DNA of 64,000 nucleotides, from positions 1,488,001 through 1,552,000 of the forward strand of contig NW_027191409.1 in NCBI RefSeq assembly GCF_041146345.1, read 5' to 3'. Within the stretch, counting starts at the first letter, position 1, and every line of letters begins with the position of its first letter. The position numbers were made by a program, and so were the translations under genes. The notes under the pieces are model-generated. The model saw only the letters and a list, made by a program, of their open reading frames with translations. It was not told the DNA's origin and made no database searches. This document shows positions 1 through 11,504 of the stretch, one piece after another. Source of the stretch: Neodothiora populina (Eukaryota).

Positions 1-554
1 CGAGAGGCACGCGCCTCTGCCTTGAGTTTGTCGGTTGTCCGTCTCTTGCTCCGATCCACATCCGCCCTCTTGGCCTCTTTCTCTTCTTCCGTCAGCGGTG
101 GGCTTGGGGGAGCTCTAGAAGGCGGTGTGGATCTGGAAGGGTCAACAGCCGGTGCATCATTCTCTGACCTGGCTCCGGTGGGACGGGAGGAAGGAACGTC
201 TTCTCGACTGCGCACTGCCTCTCTGCTGTGTTCCTTGGAGAAGGAAGGATAAGAAGATGAATGCGTGCCGATGGACGAGCGACGCTCCATCTCAGGAACG
301 AGCATGGTCACTTTCTTTCCCGATTTCGAGCCCAGGTCGGCATGAGAGCTTCTCTCGAGTCGTGAGGTGCTGCCGACCGGACTCCCGTCTCTGCTGGTGG
401 AGCTTCTTCGTCGATGTGGTTTCCTGGACGAGTGATGGCGGTCCCTGCTTCGTGAGGTGTGTGATGGATGTGAAGCATGGGAGATGCGCGAAGACGAGTC
501 GCGGTCATAGTCCTTTTTGCGTCGACGAGGCTCCTCGTCGCGTATTGAAGGCAT
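1..554 (-). CDS. 5' part of a hypothetical Ser/Arg-rich protein, runs off the window edge
   Basis: Manual translation from ATG 554 is open to position 1: MPSIRDEEPRRRKKD...YPSFSKEHSREAV...RAPPSPPLTEEEKEAKR. Absent from the ORF track because there is no stop inside the window. Confidence 0.75.
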   Translation of the reverse strand, partial: MPSIRDEEPRRRKKDYDRDSSSRISHASHPSHTSRSRDRHHSSRKPHRRRSSTSRDGSPVGSTSRLERSSHADLGSKSGKKVTMLVPEMERRSSIGTHSSSYPSFSKEHSREAVRSREDVPSSRPTGARSENDAPAVDPSRSTPPSRAPPSPPLTEEEKEAKRADVDRSKRRTTDKLKAEARAS

Positions 555-2167
555 GATGTGGAAGTGAGGTCAGGTCTACAGTGAAGGGTCAATGTGGAGA
601 GTTGCCGCAGGCAGGTGCAGGTGCGGAGAGGCTTGGGAAGTAATTAAGGCAAGGTCACAATGTCAGATCGAATCGCCGAGTAAGATGCAACTCAAGATGG
701 AGGCTGTACGAATAGTGTACTCGCAGCAATAAAGGTGATGGGTGAATGCGATTGGGCGGCAACCGCCTCGACACTCCCAGCGCATAATCAAGCCGAGGAC
801 AGCGCTTTCTTTGAACGCCCGAGGCTTGGGTGGATGGCCAGGTTACAGTGCTCAGAGATGTACGTCAAGGTGAATATAATATATGTATCTAAATCGAGGC
901 TAAGCAGTGACTTGGGCGATGCTGAGCAGAGAGCAGGAGGGATTACACAGTTATCCTGACCGGACGACGCGCACGCGATTCCTCTTACGGATTGCTTCGC
1001 CGTGCTTTCGAAGAGATAAGCGAGTTGTACAAGTGCTTTGACATCTTGTATTGCACAGATGCTGTACAGTCCAGTGACTCGCGTTAAAAGAAGAGGACAA
1101 AGTGGAGGAGGTTGGGAGATAGTGGATCCCGCTCCCGGGACGGTGTGAATTGAAACCCTGGAACAAAAGAAAATGCCACCAGAGATTCGGAGGGACTGTA
1201 CACAGATTGCCAGACCGCAACATCAGTGACGGTGGATCCTCAGATTTATGCTTAAAGCCCTGCCATGATTTCTTCACCGCACGCCGTTTCCTGGCACCAA
1301 ACCACGGCGACGTCGTTGCCAAGACCATCGTGCACATGCATCTTAACAGCACCACGAGAAGGGAAGGCGGAAGGCCATCCGGGAGAGAGGAGAGAGGGGA
1401 GGCTGTGCCGCCTACCTATTAGACTGTACAACCTGCGCTGCACTGCGCTGCGCTCACTCCACCCTTTCCATGCCCTGATGATCCGTGATCGTACCGTATC
1501 CATCCCACCTCTGGTGCTGACCATCGATCGTGTCTTGACATTGATGTAGTCCGGGTGCGCAGGCAGGCAGCTCGTGCAGTTCGCAGCAGGCTGGCTGCAT
1601 TTGCTGCACAGCCCCCTCCCGCCGTCCTGTCGCTTGTGAGTGGGTGTGTTCGTCCATGTACAAGTACTGTATATGTGGCTCCTTGTCCACCCTTGCTACT
1701 GTGCGTCGTCGCGCGCGCGCTTTCTCTACCTCGCATCTATCTGACGAATAAATTCATATGGCACAAGTACAAGTATCATGGTAACGCGCGTGCACTCTAT
1801 GACCATAAGCCACTCATGTATCGTCGAGCGGCGTCCCAGTCGACCGAGGTTTGTGGCACACGTTTTCCCAGGTGAGGATGCGACATGTGTGATACCCCAT
1901 GCATGTCATTCGTGTCTAGACAATGTTCGCATGCAGTGCGGCCTGAAGTGCAAACGCCCGCGTTCCCTTTTGGCTCGCTTGTGTGATTGTTGGCTCGCCG
2001 TGTTCTCGTACACGAAGAAAAAGTTGGCAGTTGCATTGACGTGTAAGCAGACGGAGTAGGATGCGGTTTGGTGTATACATATACCGACTTGTCGGTCAGG
2101 TCTCTCCTTTAGTAAAAAATTGTTCTATTCCAGTGTGCTGTCTGACTGTAGACCAGGCATCTCAGCA

Positions 2168-2680
2168 ATGTGCATCTACGAAGCGACGGCGTATCCCTGT
2201 CGTAAACACATGCTTTCGTACACATTCTACTACGAATGTCCGTGGTTGACCACGAGAAGGATATGGGCGACATATCATCATCAACACTCTTCTTCCTCGT
2301 CCAGAACCACCACCTCTTGCTCCACAAGTAAAAAGTCAAAAAGTCAAGAACACGCACACAACCACAAGGCGCAGGCCCACGACAGAGGCCATCACCTGAC
2401 TCACCACCATTGTGACATCAGGCATGCGAGGAGTCGATTCAGGAATATCATTGTCGCTGATGTCAAGTGTCCCAGATGTGGAGTCGAGCCGGGTGATGTT
2501 GGTCCTGTAGGGGGCTGGAAGTGGAGGTTCGTCAGAGCTGATGGGGGCGGGGTTGGTGGTGGTGGTAGCGGTGGCAGCGGCGGCAAAGACGATCCTGATG
2601 GAGCAAGAGGAGTCGAGACGAGGGTTGATGAAGGGTCGAGTGCTGGCGATCCAACAAGTAGAGGGCAGGTCCGAGTTTAG
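2168..2680 (+). CDS. Small Cys/His-rich hypothetical protein (170 aa), possible zinc binder
   Basis: ATG 2168 (GCAATG) gives MCIYEATAYPCRKH...C...HHHC...CPRC, the N-terminal MC-x8-C-x(1-2)-H...CxxC pattern common in small fungal proteins; Gly-rich tail. Confidence 0.5.
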   Translation: MCIYEATAYPCRKHMLSYTFYYECPWLTTRRIWATYHHQHSSSSSRTTTSCSTSKKSKSQEHAHNHKAQAHDRGHHLTHHHCDIRHARSRFRNIIVADVKCPRCGVEPGDVGPVGGWKWRFVRADGGGVGGGGSGGSGGKDDPDGARGVETRVDEGSSAGDPTSRGQVRV

Positions 2681-3057
2681 CTGGGCTGAAAATAGCTGGA
2701 ATGGGCAATTTCGGCCGTTGCGCGGATCGCTGGTGTAGACGTGGATCAATCGTCATGTCTGTGTGTCGCGGCGGTTTTGATATGTCTGCTTGAGACTGTG
2801 ACATGCTCGAAAAAAGCGCTGTAAGCGATGTACTGAGTATGTGAATTTCATTCTTGGTTCGAAACGGGTCGTAAATACAACCGCCTCATGTCAGGTGGTT
2901 TGCCTTTCATCGCAGATAACGCCGCCCCAGATGCACCGATCCCCCCTCTGCTTTTCGAATGTCCGACCAACGCCGTTGCTTGTCTCATATGTGGGATATC
3001 ATCACCCTTGTTCTTGACTTGTTCCACGCAATAAGAGAAAAAGAAAAACCCCCAAGC

Positions 3058-3887
3058 CTAAAATCTCTCCTTCATCCTGGAGGCCACAGTCCTGAGGTTT
3101 CCGTAGACCTTGCCCGGAGGCGAACCCAGAATCAGACTGACAATGGCTTCTCTCGCGATGTGGATGTTCTTGAAGCCACCCAGGATGTGGATCTTGGAAT
3201 CCGCAAGCACCACTCTCGTCCTCGAAGCGTTCTCGATGGCGAACTTCGTCTTTCCGTCTTTGCCAGCGATACGACCGATGGCTCGGCCCTGGTGCTCTCC
3301 CTGCAGCGTCTTGACATCCTTGATCTCGAAAGTCTCAATGTATAAGTCGTCCAATCTCAGCAGGGCGATGGCATCGTCGACGTCGAAGCCCAAGCAGAAG
3401 GCCTGGATGAAGTCGGCACCTTTCTGCAGGGCGCCGGTGTCGGTGGTGTATTTTGAAGTGCGCAACTCGATGGCTTTTGACTTGACGTTCATCCTGACCT
3501 GCAGCTTCAGGTGCTCGACGAGAGGAGGATAGATTTTGGCCCAGGCATTCTTGAGAGGGGTCATGCGGTGAGGAGGGACGGAGACTTTGCGCGTCTCGCT
3601 GCGGTGGACCTGGGCAATGGTGTTCTCGGGGTTGAAAAGAGGTCGCTCGGCCGAGTCGATTTGCATGTCGGTGTCTTGAGGCTGTTGCACGGCTGGTGCG
3701 TCTTGGGAAGGGGCAGTGGTGTTGGTGGAAATCATGAAACTGTCCTCGTCAACAGCGGCTGCGAGACTGGTCAGGTTGTTTTCTCTGGGAGATTCAGGTC
3801 ATCGAACATACACTGAGGGGCATCGTGGACGGCCTCCTCGATTGCGAGTTCCTCGGGGCGGCGCAAGAGAGCGGTGGGAGCAGGCAT
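3058..3887 (-). CDS. PNO1: Pre-rRNA processing KH-domain protein Pno1/Dim2
   Basis: VPPHRMTPLK, GRAIGRIAGKDGKTKFAIENA, GKVYGNLRTVASRMKERF. True start MPAPTAL at 3887; intron 3811-3759 (GTATGT..CTGAC..CAG) restores the frame. Confidence 0.96.
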
Positions 3888-4365
3888 GATTGCGGTGTGT
3901 TCTTGTGACTCGGACGAGAGACACTAAAGATGATACAGCGTGTGGGTGATATAGTCCAGTGTGTGGTCAGGTAGTGAACGTGAGTGCAGAGTGTGGTACA
4001 GTATGTGTCAATGTCAGATCCTCAAGGGTAAAGTAGCAAATAAAGAAATGTCGAGCTCGTTCAGGCAAAAAGCCGAGAAGTCTTGGCGTTAGACTTTCTT
4101 TCGACCCGATAATTCTTTCGACCTTTGCGGAGAGTCGGAGGGAGATAAAAGATAGAGAAAAGAGGAAGGACAGCCTCACGGCTTGGCAACAAGAAGAGGC
4201 CCATGCGCCTGCCTGAACGGGACTTTCATGTGCAAATCGGCCATCATGGATTCTCTGCGTGTTTCGTGATTCTTGAATTCTTGATTCTGCCACCAGATCT
4301 GTTTCTGTATTTCTGTATTTCTTCAGTTCTTCAGATACAATGTTGAGCTGGACAGCACCAAGCAG

Positions 4366-6714
4366 ATGATGAGTCAACATGTAGTCCGCTCTGCTATCTG
4401 GGCCTCAGCTTCACCATTGTCATCTTTCTTATCGTCGTCGTCATCGTCGTCGTCGTTCCTGCCGCTTCTGCGTTCCTCTGCCTCGAGCAGTCACACGCTT
4501 GCGCGGACATGTGCCTCTCTTGCTCCTTCCTCTCGCGCATTTTCCACTTCTGCATCGACAGCGACACGGTTCGGTCTGAGATCATGGGCAGCGGCCCCTC
4601 CACACACACCCTCACCGGCTGGTCGCGATAACTCATCGAGTCGCTCTCTTGCTGCCCTCCTCCAACACTGTCGGCCGTCCGGGCAGCTCGCTCCAGCCAT
4701 CACCCCAGCCCGACAACGGTCACTCCTACACTCACGATTACGGACACTTACGTCACATCAGTCGCGCTTCTCTTCTTCATCATCATGGACTCCCAAGCCC
4801 CGCCAGCAAGACGACCCCGCTCTCTGTACCACCTGCAATCGGCGCTTCAAGAGTGATGACACTCACCAACGCCAGCGTCCTGGCCCCTCGGACGCGGTAA
4901 GGCACCAAACAGCCGCGTCCAGCCAGAAAGAGACGAGACAACCTGCGATGGAACAGACCACACCCACGCACGATCACGGACATCACTCTCACAATCTGCT
5001 AGACCGTCTGCCCCACCTGCACAGGCCGACCAAGGAAGAGCTGCTGGCTGCCGCCTCGGGATTCTGGCAGAGGCTGGGTGTGCGCTTCAAGTGGTTTTCC
5101 ATCAGGAGCGTGCGTCCCTTCAATACCGATGAGATTGGCGCCTTCGTCTCGTGGATCGTCGCCGCGCATCTCCTGTGGATCATCCTGGGCACCACGACGT
5201 TTGTGTCCATCGCCGTCCTGGCCATCAACAGTATCTTTGCTCAAGAGACGCTTGCCGGCTGGATCGGCAACTATCTCACAAAGTCCACTGGCGTCAAGAT
5301 CGTCTTCGAGTCCGCCGTCGTGCCCAAATGGAAGGACGGAGTCATCACCTTCAGGAACGTCTTCGTCTCGCGCCGCCCCGGCCAGGGTCAGGCCAACGTC
5401 AAGAAGGGCTCGTCGATAAGCGCAGCCGCCGCCGCAGCCGCCGCAGCAACCAAGGGAGGCCAGTCTGCTGCAGATGCACTGCAAGAGCGCAAGGACAAGG
5501 AAAAGGCCGAAGAGGAGGACACAAACTATACCCATTTTGACCTCACCTTCAACACGGTCAACGTGACACTTTCCTTTGCCAAGTGGTGGAACGGAAAGGG
5601 TCTACTGCGTGATGTTGAGATCAAGGGCATCCGTGGCGTCGTGGATCGTACCTCTGTCCTGCCCGGAGATCCATCCATCGATCCCCGCTCTTACCGTCAC
5701 GAACATAGTCCCGGAGACTTTGAGATCGACTCGTTCAAGGTCGAGGACGTGTTGATTACTGTCTATCAGCCAAACAACTTCCGTCCCTTTTCCGTATCGC
5801 TGTACTCTTGCGACCTGCCCAGACTGCGGAAGCAATGGCTCTTCTACGATCTCATGTCTGCCAACATGATCTCTGGTTCCTTTGATGACTCCCTGTTCAC
5901 CATTCACCCCAGACAGACACACAACCAGACCGGCCTCAGCATAGATGCGACTAACGGCGATCCTTCACAATGGAAAAAGCACAGCAGATTACGCATCGAC
6001 GCTTTGAACATTGATCACCTGAATAGAGGCGTCGAGGGTCCCTTTTCGTGGATTCACGAGGGCAATGTCGACATTGTCGCCGACATCATGTTTCCCGCAG
6101 ACCAAGATGGTAGCATCGCCAAGGTCATGTCCGACTTCTACGACCGCATGGAGGCTACCATGAAGCAAGGCTACCTACACACCACCCACCAGCATGACAT
6201 GAGCGACCACCATGCCGAACAACATGCCGAGAGCACCGGCGATCCGAATGACAACGATAACAGATTTGTTGTCATGGATCTCCGCGTCCATCTCAACGAC
6301 GTCAGGGCCGCAGTCCCCATCTTTACGAAAGATCTGTCGTATGTGAACAATGCGCTCATCCGGCCCATAGTGGCATACATCAACTCGAAACGAGCCTTCA
6401 TTCCGGTGAATTGCCGAGTAGTCAAGCGCGTCAGCGAGTTCGACGGAAGTTGGACCATCTTCGACAGCGGCTTGCTTGACGACATGTCCAAAGAGGTACG
6501 CATATATCTTTTCGAGCTGGGCGCATGCGCCGCAGCCGCAGGAGCCGATCTTGGATCATCAACAACTGACATTTGGATCTAGACTTACGAGGCCTTTGCA
6601 CGGGATATCGTCGACGATTCGCAGCGTGTGCGCCGATTGAAGAAGGTGGGCGTCTGGACGCTGCAACTGGCCGCTCAGGCTCTGTTTATCGGTCTCGCGG
6701 GCCAACTCGCTTGA
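4366..6714 (+). CDS. MDM31: Mitochondrial distribution and morphology protein Mdm31
   Basis: Arg/Ser-rich presequence-like N-terminus; RPTKEELLAAA, KWFSIRSVRPFN, LPRLRKQWLFYD. Intron 6496-6582; last exon TYEAFARDI...KKVGVWTLQLAAQALFIGLAGQLA*. Confidence 0.95.
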
Positions 6715-6924
6715 TTTTTTTCCATTGTCTTTGTTTTTATTGTACCATACACGGAGCACATGCGAAGCATTCACAAGGCGTTTTGGAGAGGCGTTATTGC
6801 TCATTTTCCGGGAATCATTCCCCCTTGAAAGACCTTCTGATGAACCAACAAAAGGACCAAGCACATCAGAGAGGAAACAGACGACGGACGGAAATGAGCT
6901 GGCCGGCTGATTGACTGAACCCCT

Positions 6925-6961
6925 GACTGATTGATTGATTGATTGATTGATTTACTGACTT
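6925..6961. repeat. (GATT/GACT)n tetranucleotide microsatellite
   Basis: gactgattgattgattgattgattgatttactgact in the MDM31 3' region. Confidence 0.85.
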
Positions 6962-7645
6962 ACCGAAACTGTTCGGACGAAAATTGGCGTTCTCCTTTGG
7001 CAGCATCGAGCGGGGCGAGGGGCGGTCTTTTTACCTTCACTTGCTTATCTACCTACCTACGTATATACTGTCTCCTTTAACTTTTGATCGAGCGAAAGAA
7101 AAGGCGAGGTACGGTATCGTATTGTATTGGCAAAGAGAGACTTGCCTACCGTATCTATCTATTCATGTAACATCTACGAAAGCCTCTTCTACTCTTTTTC
7201 CTTATTCTGCGTCCCTTGACTGAAAGCATGGCTCCTCACGTGTGCCTTCCATTCTTGCTGATCGACTGACTGATACTCGAGATACCTAAGGTAAGGTGGG
7301 GTAGGGTAAGGTGGGTAATCGATTGTGGTCCTCGCACCACCCTTGCCAATATTGCGTGTGCCTGATGTATAAATGTTCCACCTCTGGAGTCAATAATCCC
7401 CTTCTTTCCTTCCTTTCTTTCTTCATTCAAGTCTTGGCAAGGGCACAAACTCGCGAGTTCTACTAGCTTGGCAAGGAATGTGCCCCTGCTACTGCAGCTA
7501 TTGTGACTATTGTGCCTACTGTGATCATCATAGCTGTACTGCAGCTACTGCGACCACAGTGACTACGCAAGCCACCAACACAGCTGCTACAAATAATGTA
7601 GCGAAGGATACAGATAGGTCTGGTCGGCTCAGTAGTAAGGTAGGC

Positions 7646-8011
7646 TCAGTAGGATACCCTCCACAGAGGGCAAGTGCGCGAGCGGTGGGCTGGGTCTCCG
7701 CATCGGTGGCATCGAGTGCTGCGTTGGCGGGGCTTGTCTTTTGTCTTTGCTGCTACTGCTGCTGCTGGTGCTGAAAGTACTGGTGATGATAATACCGATG
7801 ATGGTGGTGGAGACTCTGTCGGCTTGGAGGATGAAGAACTTTCGATGCAGAGAGGAAGCCATGAGACTCTTCTGTTGGGACTGGGCTGAGATTGTGGAGA
7901 TACTCTCAGTCGGGACAGAGATGGACTTGATGTAGCGACTTGCTGGGCTGTAGGGTATGTGGTAGACGGTATGGAGACTCGTGATTCTCGTTCTGGGTGA
8001 CTTGTGCCATT
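7646..8011 (-). other. ATG-less in-frame extension (121 codons) after the THOC5 stop, ending in a CCHC zinc knuckle
   Basis: Manual translation past TAG 8014-8012: NGTSHPERESRVSIP...KTKDKPRQRSTRCHRCGDPAHRSRTCPLWRVSY*; knuckle at 7711-7670. Confidence 0.65.
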
Positions 8012-8686
8012 CTATGCAGCGACAGCAGCAGCAGCAGCAGCAGCAGCAGCCTTGACATCGTGCTGTTCGAATCTCTTCTGCACCGCAGCACCGCCATTGA
8101 GAAACTTCTCCACTTCCTTGTCCAGAGCAGCCAATTCGTCCTTTTTCTTGTTGTTCTCTGCTATCAGGCTCTGTTTTTTCTTGAGCAATTGCTGGCGCTG
8201 CTCTTCCAATGCTTGTCGTTCCGCGTGCTCGTGGTTTATGCGGGCTATCATGAGATTGTGCTCGTCTGCGTTTTGATAATCAGGATTGGCGGCCAGGAAC
8301 ACTTCGACGGGAATCAATGGCAGAGACTGGTATTTGTGATCGTAGCCCTCGCAGCCCACTATCTCTCCCCGGAGGTGGCGCTGCTCATAGTAAAGATTCT
8401 GCAGCTGCAGATGCAGAGTATCGATTTCCTGCTTGGCCTCGGCCGTCTGTTGTTTCGTGGCGCGCGTGTCGAAGATGGCGCTGCGGTTCAGTCCGCGCAG
8501 CTTTGCGATGCGGGTGTTGAGTAGCTTTTGTTGTGCGGACAGTTCGAGACGGGCTTCGGTCGAGGGGTTGTCGCATCTGTTGCGGTCCAGCCAGTCCAGC
8601 ATCTGCATCGACTGCGCGCGCGCTGCTTCGGCTGCTTCGAGGACTGCCTGTAGCGATGGGTCGGTGATGAATTGGTTGGCGTCCAT
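8012..8686 (-). CDS. THOC5: THO complex subunit 5 / Fms-interacting protein (FmiP_Thoc5)
   Basis: AKQEIDTLHLQLQNLYYEQRHLRGEI..C..YDHKY..LPLIPVE.F and HNLMIARINHE..ERQALE motifs; (GCT)n poly-Ala just before the TAG. Confidence 0.9.
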   Translation of the reverse strand: MDANQFITDPSLQAVLEAAEAARAQSMQMLDWLDRNRCDNPSTEARLELSAQQKLLNTRIAKLRGLNRSAIFDTRATKQQTAEAKQEIDTLHLQLQNLYYEQRHLRGEIVGCEGYDHKYQSLPLIPVEVFLAANPDYQNADEHNLMIARINHEHAERQALEEQRQQLLKKKQSLIAENNKKKDELAALDKEVEKFLNGGAAVQKRFEQHDVKAAAAAAAAAVAA

Positions 8687-10001
8687 GTTGGTTGGACGGA
8701 GATATACTGTTCTTGTCGCTCTTGAGATGCTCCAGTCGATGGCGATGCGATACTGATGATTGCTTATATTTGAGTACAGTAAGGTAGTCCAGGTAGCTTA
8801 ATCACGTATATCTTGTCTTTCACATGCAAAGATGTACAATAACTGTGTTTCAAGCAGTTGCGCACGACTTCCTGATACACAATACAACAATAGAAAAGAC
8901 CCTGCCAAGATCAGCGACTTCCTCGTGCAGCACGAGCAACTGCGATCGTAAGAACTCGGAACAACACTTGATCCACACGCCGGATATACTGGATTGTCCA
9001 CTGCATGTTCGGACTCGGACCAGTCGTTCAGTCCTGCGGCACTGCTGCTATTGACGAAACTTGTCCGAGAATACGGACGGTGCAAATCAGTACTTGTGCC
9101 CAACTTCACTTTCCGAATTTCCGGCTCGCCGCTCTACCACTACAACTAAACCGTCCATCGCCAATCAGCATGGGAACGGCTCTTCAGACCCCCGTGTTCG
9201 CATATACTAAGCCACCAAGTGCGTGCCGTACGTCATGTCTGCTTCCCCCCGGCCACAACGTGCAGGCCGCTGCCGTACGGAGGACTATTTGCCGCTCGCC
9301 CAACAACGTGAACCTCGATATCCATCTCTCGACTGGGCGGGGCCTTGTGCTTCTTGTCTAAATTGGCTTGGCAATCAAATTCCCCCCAACCACAGATGAC
9401 TTACAGCGAGTCGCAGTGGCCAGACAGCAGCTAAACACCAACTAAACAGCAGATCTTCAACCAACCACGGCGCTCTATCGCCTGAACGTGGGGTCCTGCG
9501 TCCCGTGTCCTCGACTAGTACCTTAAACCAATCTTCCCGTGCTGTCCGAATTACACTTCGGTACGAGAAATAGAGTGACCGTAAGGTTCACAGGCTCGAC
9601 AGGCTCCTAGTAGTGATCACTGCCTTATCATCATCATCTACTCTGCCACTCTTCAAAATTCCCCTCTTCTGCTTGTTCCCATTTCACCCATACATACATA
9701 ATCTTGCTCATTTCTGCCCATTTTCGTGTCTGTCAGCTACTTCAATTCGCGTCCTTCCTTTTTTCGTGCCAGTTTTATTCTTCAATCCGCCCACGTTCTA
9801 GCCACAGCCCGCACGCAGTCGTGTTTGTAATCGTCACTCATATTTTATCTCTGCCCGTGCCGATTTCGCTGTGATCGTCATTTCCGAATTCCTGCCCCTC
9901 ACCAATATCACACAACGACTCTTTGACGACAACACCCAGTGTGGGCGCAACTGTTCTGTATTCACCCAGAATACCGATTGACCGGCACAATTTCTCCAGC
10001 A

Positions 10002-11504
10002 ATGGCTACGGCCACCCTAACGACCACCCACACCGAGTCTCACGAGGAGCCAACGATGGCTACCGCAACATCCTCCTCTCTCGCCGACCGTGATGTGCAA
10101 CTGAGAGATCGACGACGTCGCCACTCGTCCTACGAACACCGATCATGGTCGGCAGAAACCACCGACGACATCCAGATTCTCGTTGACAAATTCATCACCG
10201 AACTAGGTCGTCGTCTCGACTTTCTCGAGTCTTACGGTCATCTTAAACTCGACACGGGAATCGACAGGGCCTACAACACCCTGCACACCGTTCACCATTC
10301 GTGCACTCATGTCTCGGACGAAGTCATCGACGCTGGCAAGAGGAAGGCCAAGATCATGGTGGAAACTCTCGAGGGCCAGTACAAAGGCGCTCTGGCGCGC
10401 AAGGAAACCCTAGAGGCAAAGGTTAGAGAAGGCGTTCGTCTCATGGAGGGCATCCTCGCCGACTTCGAGACTCGCGCATACGCCATGCGAGATGCAGGCT
10501 TCACTGCCGTCGCATCCGACATTTTGGATAGTGGTCGGAGGAAGATGCACGAAGCCTCGACACACGCCGTCGAGCTCTTCGATGAAGGCTACGACAAGGC
10601 CCGCCAAGCGAAATTGAACCTGAAAGAAACCATTGATCATGCTGTCCAGCGCGCCAAAGAGCAAGGCCTCATCACTTACCAAGAACTACCCGACCCCTGG
10701 AGAATCAACCCCCACATTCTGAGTGGCTACCGCTTCTCCGAGACCAAGATCGAATGTTTGCGTTCCGTGGCTACCATGTCAAACGAATTCGTCAACATCT
10801 GGTCCCACGGCATCGGGCTCTTGATCATCATCAGCATCGCCTTCTATTTCTACCCCATGTCCGAGCATTTCAGCAACAGCACCAAATCCGACATCTTCGT
10901 CGCCGCAGTTTTCTTCTTTGCTGCCGCCAAGTGCCTCGTCTGCAGTACCATGTGGCACACGATGAACAGCATCTGCAATCAGACGCTCATGGAGCGATTC
11001 GCCTGTGTCGACTACACGGGAATCTCGTTTCTCGTTGCCTCGAGCATCATCACCACCGAATACACTGCTTTTTACTGTGAACCGGTCAGCAGGTGGATCT
11101 ACATGCTCACCACCGCAGCTTTCGGAATCGGTGGTGTCATCTTGCCATGGCACCCAACCTTCAACCGCAACGACTACGCCTGGATTCGCGTCGCCTTTTA
11201 TGTCACACTGGCAGCGACCGGCTCGTTCCCTGTTGCCCAACTTATTTATACAAGAGGCGCCTGGTGGGCCCTCTACTTCTACGCCCCCATCACCAAGAGT
11301 CTTCTCGTGTACATCATCGGTGCATTCATGTACGCCGCCAAAATTCCCGAGAGATTCTGTCCAGGATGGTTCGACTACGTTGGCGGAAGCCACAACATCT
11401 GGCATTTCGCCGTGCTGGGTGGCATCCTCTTTCATTACTCTGCCATGCAGAGCTTCTTCGCCGATGCCTTTAGAAGAGCCGACGGCCAGTGCTCCATCTA
11501 TTAA
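10002..11504 (+). CDS. IZH3: PAQR/HlyIII family membrane protein, Izh3-type
   Basis: ELPDPWRINPHILSGYRF, NEFVNIWSH, STMWHT, DYTGIS, PERFCPGWFDYVGGSHNIWH; about 7 hydrophobic segments; first ATG at 10002. Confidence 0.9.
   Translation: MATATLTTTHTESHEEPTMATATSSSLADRDVQLRDRRRRHSSYEHRSWSAETTDDIQILVDKFITELGRRLDFLESYGHLKLDTGIDRAYNTLHTVHHSCTHVSDEVIDAGKRKAKIMVETLEGQYKGALARKETLEAKVREGVRLMEGILADFETRAYAMRDAGFTAVASDILDSGRRKMHEASTHAVELFDEGYDKARQAKLNLKETIDHAVQRAKEQGLITYQELPDPWRINPHILSGYRFSETKIECLRSVATMSNEFVNIWSHGIGLLIIISIAFYFYPMSEHFSNSTKSDIFVAAVFFFAAAKCLVCSTMWHTMNSICNQTLMERFACVDYTGISFLVASSIITTEYTAFYCEPVSRWIYMLTTAAFGIGGVILPWHPTFNRNDYAWIRVAFYVTLAATGSFPVAQLIYTRGAWWALYFYAPITKSLLVYIIGAFMYAAKIPERFCPGWFDYVGGSHNIWHFAVLGGILFHYSAMQSFFADAFRRADGQCSIY

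Noticed and set aside
2856..2870. GGTTCGAAAC resembling a tRNA T-loop/B-box
   Set aside because: No cloverleaf stems or A-box around it.
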